A stretch of 64,000 bases of DNA from Planctomycetota bacterium (GTDB taxonomy: Bacteria > Planctomycetota > B15-G4 > JADJEK01). Position numbers and translations under genes: made by a program. Below, piece by piece: positions 48,567 to 58,135 of this stretch. The DNA lies in NCBI GenBank assembly GCA_016709145.1, contig JADJEK010000009.1, positions 126,368 to 190,367 on the forward strand, written 5' to 3'. Positions within the stretch are counted from its first letter, which is position 1. Every line of letters starts with the position of its first letter. The notes under the pieces are model-generated. The model saw only the letters and a program-made list of their open reading frames with translations. It was not told where the DNA came from and made no database searches.

Positions 48567-49565
48567 TTAGCCGCCGAAGCTCTCCCACGAGTTCGCCTTT
48601 GCGAGCAGCGCGTTCAGCGCCTGGATGTTCTTCACGCCGCGGTCCTGGAGCCACGCTTCGAACGCCGCAGCGCCTTCCTTCGCGTAGACGGGGATGCCCT
48701 GCTTCCAGGTCGCACGTCCGCACAGCACGCCGTTCCAGCGCGTCTTCGCGTCGATCGCGTACTCGAGGTTCTCGCGGAACACGTCGTCGTCGACTCCGGC
48801 CGACAAGTAGATGAACGGCCGCGTCGCGGCGTCCGACGAGCGCTTGAAGTGGTCGAGCGCTTCTTGCTTCGAGTAGACCGACTCGCCCTTGCAGCCGCGG
48901 CCGCCCGCGACGAACGCGGGGTTGATCGGGACTTCGACCTTCAGCACGTCCACGTAGTACTTGTCCTGCGTGAACTCCTTGATCGAGCCGAGGACGATGT
49001 CCGGCTTCTGCTTCGCGAACGCCGCGCCCTTTTCGTCGCCGCCCTTCGGGTCGTAGCCGACGAACTCGAGGAAGTACGGGATGTCGTGGAACGCGCACTC
49101 GACGCCGATGCGTTCGACCCACGCGTGCTTGAACTCGTTGACCTTCTTGTCGTCGAACGGCGAGTAGTACAGCAGGATCTTGACCGCATTGGCGCCGACG
49201 GCGACGTGGTCGCGCACCGTCCAATTGCGCAGCAGGCGCGGCAGGCGGCCCGGGCCGCTCTGGTCGTAGCCGGTCTCCTCGTACGACAGGATCAGGCCGG
49301 CGTTCTTCGCGCGCGCCTTCGCCGCCGGCAGACCCCACTCGGGGTCGAGCAGGATCGCGCTCGCGTGGGGGGTCAGCACCTTCGACACGATGGCCTTGAA
49401 CTCGGACATCATCGCGTCGGTGATCTGGTCGTCGGCGACGCCCTTTTCCTTCGCCAGCGACTTCTTCAGCGACCCGCGCTGGTCCATCGCCGCGGCGGCG
49501 ATGACGCCTTGCGCGTTCGAAAGTGCCTTCAGGTGCTTCTTCTTTCCGTCGCTGAACTTCACCAT
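48567..49565 (-). CDS. tagatose-1,6-bisphosphate aldolase-like class I aldolase (LacD family)
   Basis: 332 aa. LacD-family motifs (AAMDQRGSL, catalytic Lys region LKVEVP). Confidence 0.65.
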   Translation of the reverse strand: MVKFSDGKKKHLKALSNAQGVIAAAAMDQRGSLKKSLAKEKGVADDQITDAMMSEFKAIVSKVLTPHASAILLDPEWGLPAAKARAKNAGLILSYEETGYDQSGPGRLPRLLRNWTVRDHVAVGANAVKILLYYSPFDDKKVNEFKHAWVERIGVECAFHDIPYFLEFVGYDPKGGDEKGAAFAKQKPDIVLGSIKEFTQDKYYVDVLKVEVPINPAFVAGGRGCKGESVYSKQEALDHFKRSSDAATRPFIYLSAGVDDDVFRENLEYAIDAKTRWNGVLCGRATWKQGIPVYAKEGAAAFEAWLQDRGVKNIQALNALLAKANSWESFGG

Positions 49566-49594
49566 GGCGCGCGCTCCTACGTCCCAGTCCGAGG

Positions 49595-50632
49595 TTGCAT
49601 GTCATGCCGAAACGGCGCGCCAGAGTACGCCACGACCCACAGGCGGTCAAACCGACGAAATCGCGACGAAAGGCCGCACCGCGACCGCGCGTGCTGGTCG
49701 TCGGGCCGAACAGCGCGATCGACGAAGTCTTCGCCACGCGCGGGTTCTGCCCGCTCGGCGGCGCGCGTGCCGCCCGCTCGTTCGCGTTCGCCGGCGGCAA
49801 GGCGGCGAACGCCGCGCACGTCGCCGCTCTCGAGGGCGCGGAGTCCACGCTGGTCGGCTTCGCCGGCGGTCCGCGCGGGCGAAGGTTCGCGCGCGGTCTC
49901 GTCGAGCGTGGCGTCCGCGGAGCTCTGGTGCGAACCGCCGCGGACACGCGCCGGACGTTCTGCTTCCTCGATGCCGATGGCGCGAACCCCGTCCTCGTCG
50001 TCGAGGACGGTTCGAGAGTCACGCACGACGAAGTCGCCGCGCTCGAGACGAAAGCACGACGCGAGATCGCGCGCGCCGACGTGCTCGTGCTGTCGGGAAG
50101 CGTGCCGCCGGGATGCGCTCCCACGCTGTACGCGCGACTGATCCGCGCCGCGCGCGAGCGCGGCGTCCCGACGGTCGTCGACGCGCACGGCGCCACGCTG
50201 CGCGCCGCGATCGCCGCGACACCGACCGTGATCGTTCCGAACGAGCGCGAGTTCGCGCAATGGCTCGGCCTCGCCATCGTCGACGGCGTCGACGACACGA
50301 CGCTCATCGACGGCGCGCGTGGCTTGCTCGATCGAGGAATGCTCGCGGTCGTCGTCAAGCAGGGCGAGCGCGGCGTTCTCTGCGTCGAGCGCGATCGCGT
50401 GACGCGCGTCGCCGGTCTGCCGCGCCTCGGCAATGCCACCGGATCCGGCGACGTCGTCACCGCGCACGTCGCGCTCGCGCTCGCGCGAAGGTGGCCCGTC
50501 GTGGTCGCGCTGCCGCGGGCCGTTGCCGCCGCCGGGGCGAACCTCGCGCATGAGCAGCCCGCGCATTACCGCGAGCGAGAGGTCTTGGAGTTGATGAGCG
50601 TGGTGGAGGTGCGCAGGGGCGGGGAGGGATGA
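49595..50632 (+). CDS. PfkB-family carbohydrate kinase (1-phosphofructokinase / tagatose-6-phosphate kinase-like)
   Basis: N-terminal VLVVGPNSAIDEV motif. C-terminal GSGD motif (NATGSGD). Divergent from the aldolase gene. Confidence 0.65.
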   Translation: MHVMPKRRARVRHDPQAVKPTKSRRKAAPRPRVLVVGPNSAIDEVFATRGFCPLGGARAARSFAFAGGKAANAAHVAALEGAESTLVGFAGGPRGRRFARGLVERGVRGALVRTAADTRRTFCFLDADGANPVLVVEDGSRVTHDEVAALETKARREIARADVLVLSGSVPPGCAPTLYARLIRAARERGVPTVVDAHGATLRAAIAATPTVIVPNEREFAQWLGLAIVDGVDDTTLIDGARGLLDRGMLAVVVKQGERGVLCVERDRVTRVAGLPRLGNATGSGDVVTAHVALALARRWPVVVALPRAVAAAGANLAHEQPAHYREREVLELMSVVEVRRGGEG

Positions 50633-50845
50633 GAGGGACGCGGGGGATGCGAGGGACGAAGGGGACGACGAGGGACGACGAGGGACGCGAGGGACGAGAG
50701 GGGCGCGAGGGGCGAGGGGCGCGAGGGACGCGAGGGGGCGGAGGGACGAGAGGGACGCGAGGGACGAAGGGGACGCGAGGGGCGCGAGGGACGAGAGGGG
50801 CGCGAGGGGCGAGGGGGACGCAAGGGACGAGGGGGACGCTGGGGA
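50621..50845. repeat. tandem array (about 25 copies) of the 9-nt unit GGGACGMGA (array B)
   Basis: 9-nt periodicity. Overlaps the last codons of the kinase gene and extends into the intergenic region upstream of the ECF sigma gene. Confidence 0.85.
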
Positions 50846-50930
50846 GACCGTGGGACCGAACAGCAGACCCACACCAGATCGGGCGGGTCGAATCACGGCA
50901 CGGTCGCGAGTCCTGGGTTAGATTCCTCGC

Positions 50931-51491
50931 GTGGCTGACGGCATCGACGCTCCCTCAACTTCGTTCGACGTGCTTTGGGCCGAGGCCGCGCCCCGCCTTT
51001 ACGCGTGGGCCGTCCTGCACTTAAGGCCGGCCGTTCGGCGACGGCTCGACCCCGAGGACGTCCTTCAAGAAGTCGCTTGCCGGGCCTACGGTCAGTTCGC
51101 GCATTTCGATCCCGCGCGCGGGCCGTTCCGTGCTTGGGTGTTCGGGTTCGCGCGCAACGTCCTCAACGAGGGAATGCGGCGCCTGACGTCGATGAAGGGC
51201 GCCTTGCCCGGCGGTTCCCTCTCCACCGGCGTGCTCTCCCAATTGCCGGCCACGACGACGACGCTGAGTCGGGCCGTCGCGCGCGACGAGTCGCTCGCGA
51301 AGTTCGTCACGCGACTCGAGACGCTGGCCGAGGACGAGCGTTGGCTCGTGCTGTTCCATGGGCTCGAGGGGATGTCGCACGCGGCGGTCGGCGAGTTGCT
51401 CCAAGTCACACCCGATGCGGTCGCGAAGCGCTGGCAGCGGTTGTGCGAACGGTTGCGCGACGAGCCGCGGTTCGCGGAACTCGTCGCCTGA
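50931..51491 (+). CDS. ECF sigma factor
   Basis: GTG start. Region 2 (LQEVACRAY) and region 4 HTH (MSHAAVGELLQVTPDAVAKRWQRL). Confidence 0.75.
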   Translation: MADGIDAPSTSFDVLWAEAAPRLYAWAVLHLRPAVRRRLDPEDVLQEVACRAYGQFAHFDPARGPFRAWVFGFARNVLNEGMRRLTSMKGALPGGSLSTGVLSQLPATTTTLSRAVARDESLAKFVTRLETLAEDERWLVLFHGLEGMSHAAVGELLQVTPDAVAKRWQRLCERLRDEPRFAELVA

Positions 51492-51515
51492 GGTCGAGGA
51501 ACGGGGGACCGTAGC

Positions 51516-53960
51516 GTGACGGACTCGGCGCATCGCGCATTGCCGGACGCATTGTGCGTCGACCTGCTCGGCCGCTTGCTCGCGGACCGTGAGACCGGGA
51601 CGCTCGGTTCGACCGCGCAGTACCAGGCGCTCTATCCCGGATTCGAGAACGCCGTCGCCGCCGAAGTGCATCGCTTCGTCGACGCGTCGCCGCGTGAAGC
51701 CCGCTCCGAGCGCGCGTTGGTCGGTCCGTTCCGGCTCGTGCGCGAACTCGGCCGCGGCGGGCAAGGCACCGTTTGGCTCGCCGTCGACGATCGCATCGGC
51801 CGGCACGTGGCGCTGAAGATCGTCGCGCGCTCGCCGCTGCTCGAAGATCTCGCGCCGCGCTTCCAACGTGAAGCGCGACTGCTCGGTCGACTCGATCATC
51901 CCGGACTCTGTCCGGTCTACGACGTCGGCAGCGACGACGCGGTCGCGTGGATCGCGCTACGCTACGTCGAAGGCGAGACGCTCGCGCATCGGCTCGAGCG
52001 TGGGCCGCTGGCGCGCGACGATGCGTTGCGCGTCGTCGAACATGCGGCACGCGCGCTGCATGTCGCGCACGGGTTCGGCATCGTCCATCGCGACGTGAAG
52101 CCGAGCAACGTGATGCTCGCGCCCGATGGTTCGCCGGTCGTGCTCGACTTCGGCATCGCTCGCTTGGTCGAACGCGAAGAGACGAAAGACGCGCCGGCCA
52201 CGCTCACGGCCACCGGATTCGTCGTCGGGACGCCGGCGTACCTCGCGCCCGAACTCCTCGACGGTTCGGTCCAGCCGGATCCACGCGTGGACGTGTGGTC
52301 GCTCGGCATCGTGCTCTACGAAGCTCTGACGGGTCGACGTCCGTTCCATGGCGCGACGCACCACGCGCTGATGCGGTCGATCGTCGAGGACGACGTCGAT
52401 CTGCCGCACGACTTCGACGACGACCTCGCGACCGTCGTGCGCACCGCGCTGCAGAAGGACCCCGCGCAGCGCTATCGCAACGCGCTCGAGTTCGCAGCGG
52501 ACCTCGAGCGACTCCGCAAGCAGTTGCCGATCCAGGCGCGGCGAACGCCGCCGTGGCGCCGGTTGATGTTGTTCCTGCGTCGAGAGCCGCGTCTCGCGGC
52601 GACGCTCGGAGCGCTCGCCGTGGTCGTGGTCGCGGCACTCGTCGTGACCGGCGTGTTGCTCTCGCGCACGCGAACGACGTTGTCGGCGCTGACGCGGCTG
52701 TCGGATCAGGACGTCGCGAGTCAACTCCTCGCGCGCCAGGACGCGCTGTGGCCGTCCGCGCCGGAGCGCGTGCCGGAGCTCGAAGCGTGGTTGGCGCAGG
52801 CGAACGAACTCCTCGCGCGCGAGCCGCTGCATCGCGCGACGCTGGATGCGAAGCCCGGTGAGCTGGGTCTCGCGGACACCAGTGACGCGTGGATGCGCGA
52901 ACAGATCGCGGCGTTGCTCGACGAGTTCGGGCGGCTCGCCGCGGTCGTCCCGCGCGTCGAGGCTCGGATCGAGGACGCACGCACGATCGACGCGCGGACC
53001 ATCGAGGCGCCGCGCGCGTCGTGGCAGGTCGCCGCCGCGGCCGTCGCTGCCGACGCGCGCTTCGACGGACTCGTGCTCGTTCCGCAGCGCGGATTGGTCC
53101 CGCTCGGCGCCGATCCCGGATCACGGCTCGAGGAGTTCGCGATCGTCGCGACCGGGGCCGTGCCGACGCGCGACCCCGCGACGTCGCGCTTGGTCCTCGA
53201 CGACGCCTCGGCGTGCGTGCTCGTGCTCGTTCCCGGCGGGCGTGTGCGTATCGGCGCCGACGCGAGCTTCGATCCGTGGACGCAGACGTGGGACGGGCCC
53301 GCGCACGAGGTCCGCTTGGATGCGTTCTTCATCGCGAAGCACGAGCTCACGCAAGGTCAGTGGCTGCGCCATGCCGGCGAGAACCCCGCGATCTTCCAAC
53401 GCGGCAGCGGACTGGCGGACGGACCGCTCGCGCTGACGCATCCGGTCGAGAACGTGCGCTGGGACGACTGCGATCGGTTCGTGAAGCAGACTGGACTCCG
53501 GCTGCCGACGGAGTCGCAGTGGGAATACGCAGCGCGCGCGGGGACGACGACGCCGTGGTGGACCGGCGACGAGCCCGAGTCGCTCGACGGCGCGGCCAAC
53601 CTCGCGGATCGCTTCGCGAAGGCGCACGGCGGATCCGCCGAGTGGCGCTACGACGAGTTCCTCGACGACGGCTTCACGAATCACGCACCGGTCGGCACGT
53701 ATCGACCGAACGCGTTCGGGCTCCACGACGTCGCGGGCAACGTCAACGAATGGTGCGACGGGCGGTGGGAGGACTACGCGAAGGTCGCACCGCGCGACGG
53801 CGACGGATTGATCGACGGGAACGAGATCGACTCGACGTTCCGCGGCGGCTCGTACTTCGAGCCGGCGTCGGCGTCGCGCGTCGCGTTCCGGCGTGGCAAT
53901 CCGCGCTACTACCGCAGTTTCGTGGTGGGCTTGCGCGTCGCGCGTGATCTGGAGCGCTGA
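51516..53960 (+). CDS. Ser/Thr protein kinase with transmembrane segment and C-terminal FGE-sulfatase (SUMF1/DUF323) domain
   Basis: Kinase motifs GRGGQGTVWLA, VALK, HRDVKPSNVM, DFG, TPAYLAPE. TM helix LGALAVVVVAALVVTGVLL. C-terminal FGE motifs (NAFGLHDVAGNVNEWCDGRW, RGGSY). Confidence 0.85.
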   Translation: MTDSAHRALPDALCVDLLGRLLADRETGTLGSTAQYQALYPGFENAVAAEVHRFVDASPREARSERALVGPFRLVRELGRGGQGTVWLAVDDRIGRHVALKIVARSPLLEDLAPRFQREARLLGRLDHPGLCPVYDVGSDDAVAWIALRYVEGETLAHRLERGPLARDDALRVVEHAARALHVAHGFGIVHRDVKPSNVMLAPDGSPVVLDFGIARLVEREETKDAPATLTATGFVVGTPAYLAPELLDGSVQPDPRVDVWSLGIVLYEALTGRRPFHGATHHALMRSIVEDDVDLPHDFDDDLATVVRTALQKDPAQRYRNALEFAADLERLRKQLPIQARRTPPWRRLMLFLRREPRLAATLGALAVVVVAALVVTGVLLSRTRTTLSALTRLSDQDVASQLLARQDALWPSAPERVPELEAWLAQANELLAREPLHRATLDAKPGELGLADTSDAWMREQIAALLDEFGRLAAVVPRVEARIEDARTIDARTIEAPRASWQVAAAAVAADARFDGLVLVPQRGLVPLGADPGSRLEEFAIVATGAVPTRDPATSRLVLDDASACVLVLVPGGRVRIGADASFDPWTQTWDGPAHEVRLDAFFIAKHELTQGQWLRHAGENPAIFQRGSGLADGPLALTHPVENVRWDDCDRFVKQTGLRLPTESQWEYAARAGTTTPWWTGDEPESLDGAANLADRFAKAHGGSAEWRYDEFLDDGFTNHAPVGTYRPNAFGLHDVAGNVNEWCDGRWEDYAKVAPRDGDGLIDGNEIDSTFRGGSYFEPASASRVAFRRGNPRYYRSFVVGLRVARDLER

Positions 53961-54074
53961 AGCTCGCACCGCCCGCGCTCACCGAGCACGCCGTCAAGAG
54001 GAGTGCGCGAGCGCGTGGACCCTCGATGACCCTGGCCGAGCCGGGGACGGTCCCGCACCCGTCGCCGCGCTGTC

Positions 54075-54155
54075 CCCGGGCGACGGCCCGGGCGATGGCC
54101 CGGGTGATGGCCCGGGTGACGGCCCGGGTGACGGCCCGGGCGATGGCCCGGGCCT
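54075..54155 (-). repeat. tandem array (about 6.5 copies) of the 12-nt unit CCCGGGTGACGG, the reverse complement of the 2236-2692 array unit
   Basis: Read directly from the sequence. Lies between convergent gene ends. Confidence 0.85.
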
Positions 54156-54219
54156 GCAACGCTTCGGGGCGGAGGATCCTGTTGGACCGCTCCGCCCCGC
54201 ATTGCGTGCTCGAACGAGT

Positions 54220-54450
54220 TCAGCCGGCGTTGCCGATGGCCTCGACCGGGCACTGCTCCATGGCTTCCTTGCACTGCGCCCGCTCTTCGTCGGTCGCCGG
54301 CTGCTTGTAGACCATGTCATGGTCGCCCGCTTCCGACTCCTTGAAGTTGTTGGGGGCGAGGTCGACGCACAAGGAGCACAGAATGCACGACTTGTCGACG
54401 AACCACTGGCCCGGAACGTTGTCTTCCCAGCGTTCACCCGGGTTTGCCAT
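54220..54450 (-). CDS. small single-cluster ferredoxin
   Basis: 76 aa starting MANPGERWEDN. Strong GGGAGGTAAGG Shine-Dalgarno. Cys motifs CILCSLC and CP. Confidence 0.65.
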   Translation of the reverse strand: MANPGERWEDNVPGQWFVDKSCILCSLCVDLAPNNFKESEAGDHDMVYKQPATDEERAQCKEAMEQCPVEAIGNAG

Positions 54451-54622
54451 GAGTTCCTTACCTCCCGGCGGTGTCCGTGCCGGAGCGTTCAGTTCGGGAA
54501 ATGAAAAGGGCGGGAGTCTATCCGCCCTCGGGGCCGGGAAGATAGCTCGGATCGCGGGGCGTGCAAACTTGGGAACAATCCAAATCCGTCCCCTCCGGGG
54601 GCGCAGTCGAGGGTGGTGAGCG

Positions 54623-55621
54623 ATGGCAGGTCGGACCGAGCGAGCCTTGGTGACCGGGGCGACCGGATTCGTGGGCGCCGAATTGGTGCGCCTGCTGGTC
54701 CAGCGCGGGTTCGCCGTCCGGGCACTTTGCCGCCCGAGCACGCCGCCGACGCGGTTGGCCGGACTCGACGTCGAAGGCGTCGCGGGCGACGTCACCGATC
54801 GGGACTCGCTGGCTCGGGCGATGCGTGGCGTCGACGTCGTGTTCCACGTCGCCGGTGTCGTCAGCTATCGAACGCGGGACGCGGCGCGCATGCACGCGGT
54901 CAACGTCGTCGGCACGCGCGATGTGTTGGCGGAGGCGCGTGCGGCCGGCGTGCGGCGCGTCGTCCACACGTCGAGCGTCGTCGCGGTCGGCAGCAGCGAG
55001 GACGGCGAGCCGATCGACGAGACCGCGGCCTGGAACCTCGGCGGCATCGGCGCCTACTTCGACACGAAGCGCGCTGGAGAAGCCGAAGTCACCGCGGCCG
55101 TCGCGCGTGGCCAAGACGTCGTCGTCGTCAACCCGGCCGCCGTCCTCGGCGAGGGCGATGCGCGCGGCAACTTGCATCAGCTCGTGCGCATGGTGTTGCG
55201 GCACGGTCGAGCGCTCGTGCCCGGAGGTGGCGTGAATGCGGTCGACAACCGCGACATCGCGCTCGGTCATTTGCTGGCGCTCGAGCGCGGACGCACGGGC
55301 GAGCGCTACGTGCTCGGCTCCGAGAACCTCACGTTCGTCGCGTTCGCGACGCGCCTCGCCGCAGCGCTCGGCAAGCCAGCGCACGTGACGCGACTTCATC
55401 CGGCCTTGATCGCGCTCTTACGCGGAGTCGCGGGTCTGCTCGATCCGCTGTTCGGGATGAAGCCGCCGCTGACCCCTGCGACACTTCGTTCCATGGGCCG
55501 GCGCTTCTGGTTCTCGTGCGCGAAAGCGGAGCGGGAACTCGGATATGCTCCGCGCCCGGTCGACGACGCCATGCACCGTGCGGTCGCCGCCATGCTCGCC
55601 GACAAGGAGTCCCGGTCATGA
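54623..55621 (+). CDS. NAD-dependent epimerase/dehydratase (extended SDR) family protein
   Basis: TGATGFVG Rossmann motif. YxxxK active site (YFDTKRAGE). Confidence 0.75.
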   Translation: MAGRTERALVTGATGFVGAELVRLLVQRGFAVRALCRPSTPPTRLAGLDVEGVAGDVTDRDSLARAMRGVDVVFHVAGVVSYRTRDAARMHAVNVVGTRDVLAEARAAGVRRVVHTSSVVAVGSSEDGEPIDETAAWNLGGIGAYFDTKRAGEAEVTAAVARGQDVVVVNPAAVLGEGDARGNLHQLVRMVLRHGRALVPGGGVNAVDNRDIALGHLLALERGRTGERYVLGSENLTFVAFATRLAAALGKPAHVTRLHPALIALLRGVAGLLDPLFGMKPPLTPATLRSMGRRFWFSCAKAERELGYAPRPVDDAMHRAVAAMLADKESRS

Positions 55622-56430
55622 GCCGTGTGTCGCTCGCGTGTGGTGTCGCCGTTCTCGCGCTCGTCTCGGTGGCCGCGTCGAGCGCGCAAGTCGACGCGGC
55701 AAGGCCCGCGGCGCCCGCCGTCGCATTCGACCCGAAGGGTTCCGACGCCGTCGCGATCGATCTGGTGAAGCAGTTGTGGGACTCGATGGGCGGCAAGGCC
55801 GCGTGGGACGCCGTCGCGGTGCTTTCGTTCGACGCGGTCGTCGAATCGGACGGCAAGCCTGTGCGCCGAACGTCATGGGTCTGGGACCGGGCGACCGACC
55901 GCTTCCGCATGGAGATGAAGACGAAGCGCGGATCGCTCGTCGCGCTGATCGATCGCAAGGAGAACCGCGGTGTCGTGCTCGAGAACGGCGAGAAGGTCGC
56001 CGAGTCGGATCACGAGGCGGTACTCGGTGCGGCCAAGGGCTTTCTCGAGTTCGACCTGAACGGGCTGATCCTGCCCTGGCGTCTGATGGATGCCGGTGTC
56101 CACCTGAAGAGTCTCGATGCCGTCGAGGTCGCGGGTCGCAAGCAGCCGCGCGTCGAGGTGACGTTCGACGCGGGCCTCGAGATGCCGCCCGGCAACAAAT
56201 ACGTCCTGACGCTCGATCCGATCGGTCATCGGCTCGCGGCGCTCGCGATCACCGTCGCCGGCGCGCCGCCGGATGCCGAGCCCATGAACTTCGCTTGGAT
56301 CGATTGGGCCGACGTCGGCGAACTGCAGTTCTGCGTCGACAAGGAAGGCCTGAACGTCCCGAACCGACTCGTCGCCGAAAACGTCGCGACGCCTGCGCAA
56401 GTGCCGGAAGGCACGTTCGAGGGCCTGTAG
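55618..56430 (+). CDS. secreted hypothetical protein
   Basis: ATGA overlap with the upstream gene. Signal peptide MSRVSLACGVAVLALVSVAASSAQ. Confidence 0.5.
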   Translation: MSRVSLACGVAVLALVSVAASSAQVDAARPAAPAVAFDPKGSDAVAIDLVKQLWDSMGGKAAWDAVAVLSFDAVVESDGKPVRRTSWVWDRATDRFRMEMKTKRGSLVALIDRKENRGVVLENGEKVAESDHEAVLGAAKGFLEFDLNGLILPWRLMDAGVHLKSLDAVEVAGRKQPRVEVTFDAGLEMPPGNKYVLTLDPIGHRLAALAITVAGAPPDAEPMNFAWIDWADVGELQFCVDKEGLNVPNRLVAENVATPAQVPEGTFEGL

Positions 56431-56490
56431 GCGGTCACGCTCGCTACACTCCCGCGCTTTCGTTCCATCCCTCACGCTGGGTCCACGCCG

Positions 56491-57747
56491 ATGAGCTTCA
56501 AGATCCCCGAGAAGAGCCTGAAGTGGCAGCTGAAGGCGCGCGAGATCGCGCACAAGTACGTGCTGCCGAACGCGAAGAAGTACGACAACCCGAAGCAGTA
56601 CGACCCGGCCACCGGCGTCGCGCAATACAACCACGAAGCCATGAAGGCGGTCGCCGACGCGGGCCTGCTCGGTGTGTTCATCCCGGAGCAGTACGGCGGC
56701 GTCGACGGCTCGGTGCTGTCGCTCTGCCTCGTGGTCGAGGAACTCGCGCGCGCGGACTCGGGCTTCGGCGTCGCGTTCGCGGTCAACGCGCTCGGCTCGT
56801 TCCCGATCCAGGTCGGCGGCACCGAGGAGCAGAAGCAGAAGTGGCTGCCGCAGGTCGCGCAGGGCAAGAAGCTGTGCGCGTTCGCGCTGTCCGAGAAGTT
56901 CGCGGGTTCCGACGCGCAGAGCCTGCGCGTGCGCGGCGAGCGCGTGCCGCAAGGTTGGAAGATCCGCGGCGAGAAGAAGTGGACGACGAACGGCGCCGTC
57001 GCCGACATCTTCACGGTGTTCGCGGTGACCGACCCGACGTCGAAATCGCGGCGCATCTCGGCGTTCGTCGTCGAGAAGGGCACGCCGGGTTTCCGCATCG
57101 GCAAAGTCGAAGACAAGATGGGCATCCGCTGCGTGCCCGTCGTCGAGACGATCTACGACGACGTGATCGTCCCCGAGACGAACCTGCTCGGCGGCCGTGA
57201 CGGCATGGGCTTCAAGCACTCGATGATGACGCTCGACCTCGCGCGCCCCGGCGTCGCCGCGCAGGCGGTCGGTGCGGCGCAGGGCGCGCTCGATCTCGCG
57301 CTCGTCTACGCGAACCGTCGTCGCCAGTTCGGCGCGACGATCTCGAGCTTCCAGATGGTGCAGCAGATGCTCGCCGACATGGCGATGCAGACCGAGGCCG
57401 CGCGCTGGCTCGTGTACGCGTCCGCGGCGGCCGTCGACAACGGCGAAGAGAACCTGACGAAGCGCGCCGCGATGGCGAAGTGCTTCGCGACCGACGCGGC
57501 CGTCAAGGTAGCGACCGACGCGGTGCAGATCTTCGGCGGCTACGGCTTCATGGAGGACTACCCGATCGCGAAGTTCTATCGCGACGCGAAGATCCTCCAG
57601 ATCTACGAGGGCACGAACCAGATCCAGCGCCTCGTGATCGCGCGCAACCTGATCAAGGAAGCTGGCCAGCTCGGTCATCTCGACGCGTACATCCCGCGCG
57701 AGGAGCAAGACCTCCACGGCGTGACCGACGTCGATCCGATCCAGTGA
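56491..57747 (+). CDS. acyl-CoA dehydrogenase
   Basis: 418 aa. ACAD motifs (ALSEKFAGSDA, C-terminal QIFGGYGFMEDYP, YEGTNQIQR). Confidence 0.85.
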   Translation: MSFKIPEKSLKWQLKAREIAHKYVLPNAKKYDNPKQYDPATGVAQYNHEAMKAVADAGLLGVFIPEQYGGVDGSVLSLCLVVEELARADSGFGVAFAVNALGSFPIQVGGTEEQKQKWLPQVAQGKKLCAFALSEKFAGSDAQSLRVRGERVPQGWKIRGEKKWTTNGAVADIFTVFAVTDPTSKSRRISAFVVEKGTPGFRIGKVEDKMGIRCVPVVETIYDDVIVPETNLLGGRDGMGFKHSMMTLDLARPGVAAQAVGAAQGALDLALVYANRRRQFGATISSFQMVQQMLADMAMQTEAARWLVYASAAAVDNGEENLTKRAAMAKCFATDAAVKVATDAVQIFGGYGFMEDYPIAKFYRDAKILQIYEGTNQIQRLVIARNLIKEAGQLGHLDAYIPREEQDLHGVTDVDPIQ

Positions 57748-57751
57748 TGCG

Positions 57752-58135
57752 ATGAACGTCCCGCTGCCCGTCCTCGTCGCGCTCGGCGGCGCGCTCGGCG
57801 CGGTGGCTCGTTTCGTCTGCGGCGGCGCGATCACGCGCGCCGTCGCGTCGTCGTTCCCGTGGGGCACGCTGACGGTCAACGTCGTCGGCTCGCTCGCGAT
57901 CGGCGCGATCCTCGGCGTCGCGGAAGGTCGCGGCGGTCTGTCCGACGCGTGGCGCGCTTTCGCGGTGACCGGCGTGCTCGGTGGGTTCACGACGTTCTCG
58001 GCGTTCTCGGCCGAGACTCTCGGGCTGATCCAGCGCGCGCACTACGGCGTCGCCGCCGCGAACGTCGCGGTGTCGGTCGCGCTCGGGCTCGCTGCGGTCG
58101 TGCTCGGCTTCGCGATCGGGAGGGCTCTGACGTGA
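57752..58135 (+). CDS. crcB: fluoride ion channel CrcB/Fluc
   Basis: 127 aa, 4 transmembrane segments. GxxGxxTTFS motif (GVLGGFTTFSAFS). Confidence 0.8.
   Translation: MNVPLPVLVALGGALGAVARFVCGGAITRAVASSFPWGTLTVNVVGSLAIGAILGVAEGRGGLSDAWRAFAVTGVLGGFTTFSAFSAETLGLIQRAHYGVAAANVAVSVALGLAAVVLGFAIGRALT

Noticed and set aside
50629-51024. Collagen-like (G-T-R)n small ORFs reading through the 9-mer arrays (also 35248-35487 and 62547-62762)
   Set aside because: The frames exist only because of the 9-nt periodicity. They have no SD sequence and inconsistent strand and frame between arrays, and they run into the flanking genes. They are more parsimoniously non-coding repeats.
57748-57751. Fluoride riboswitch upstream of crcB
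   Set aside because: crcB starts 4 nt after the acyl-CoA dehydrogenase stop, so there is no room for a leader.
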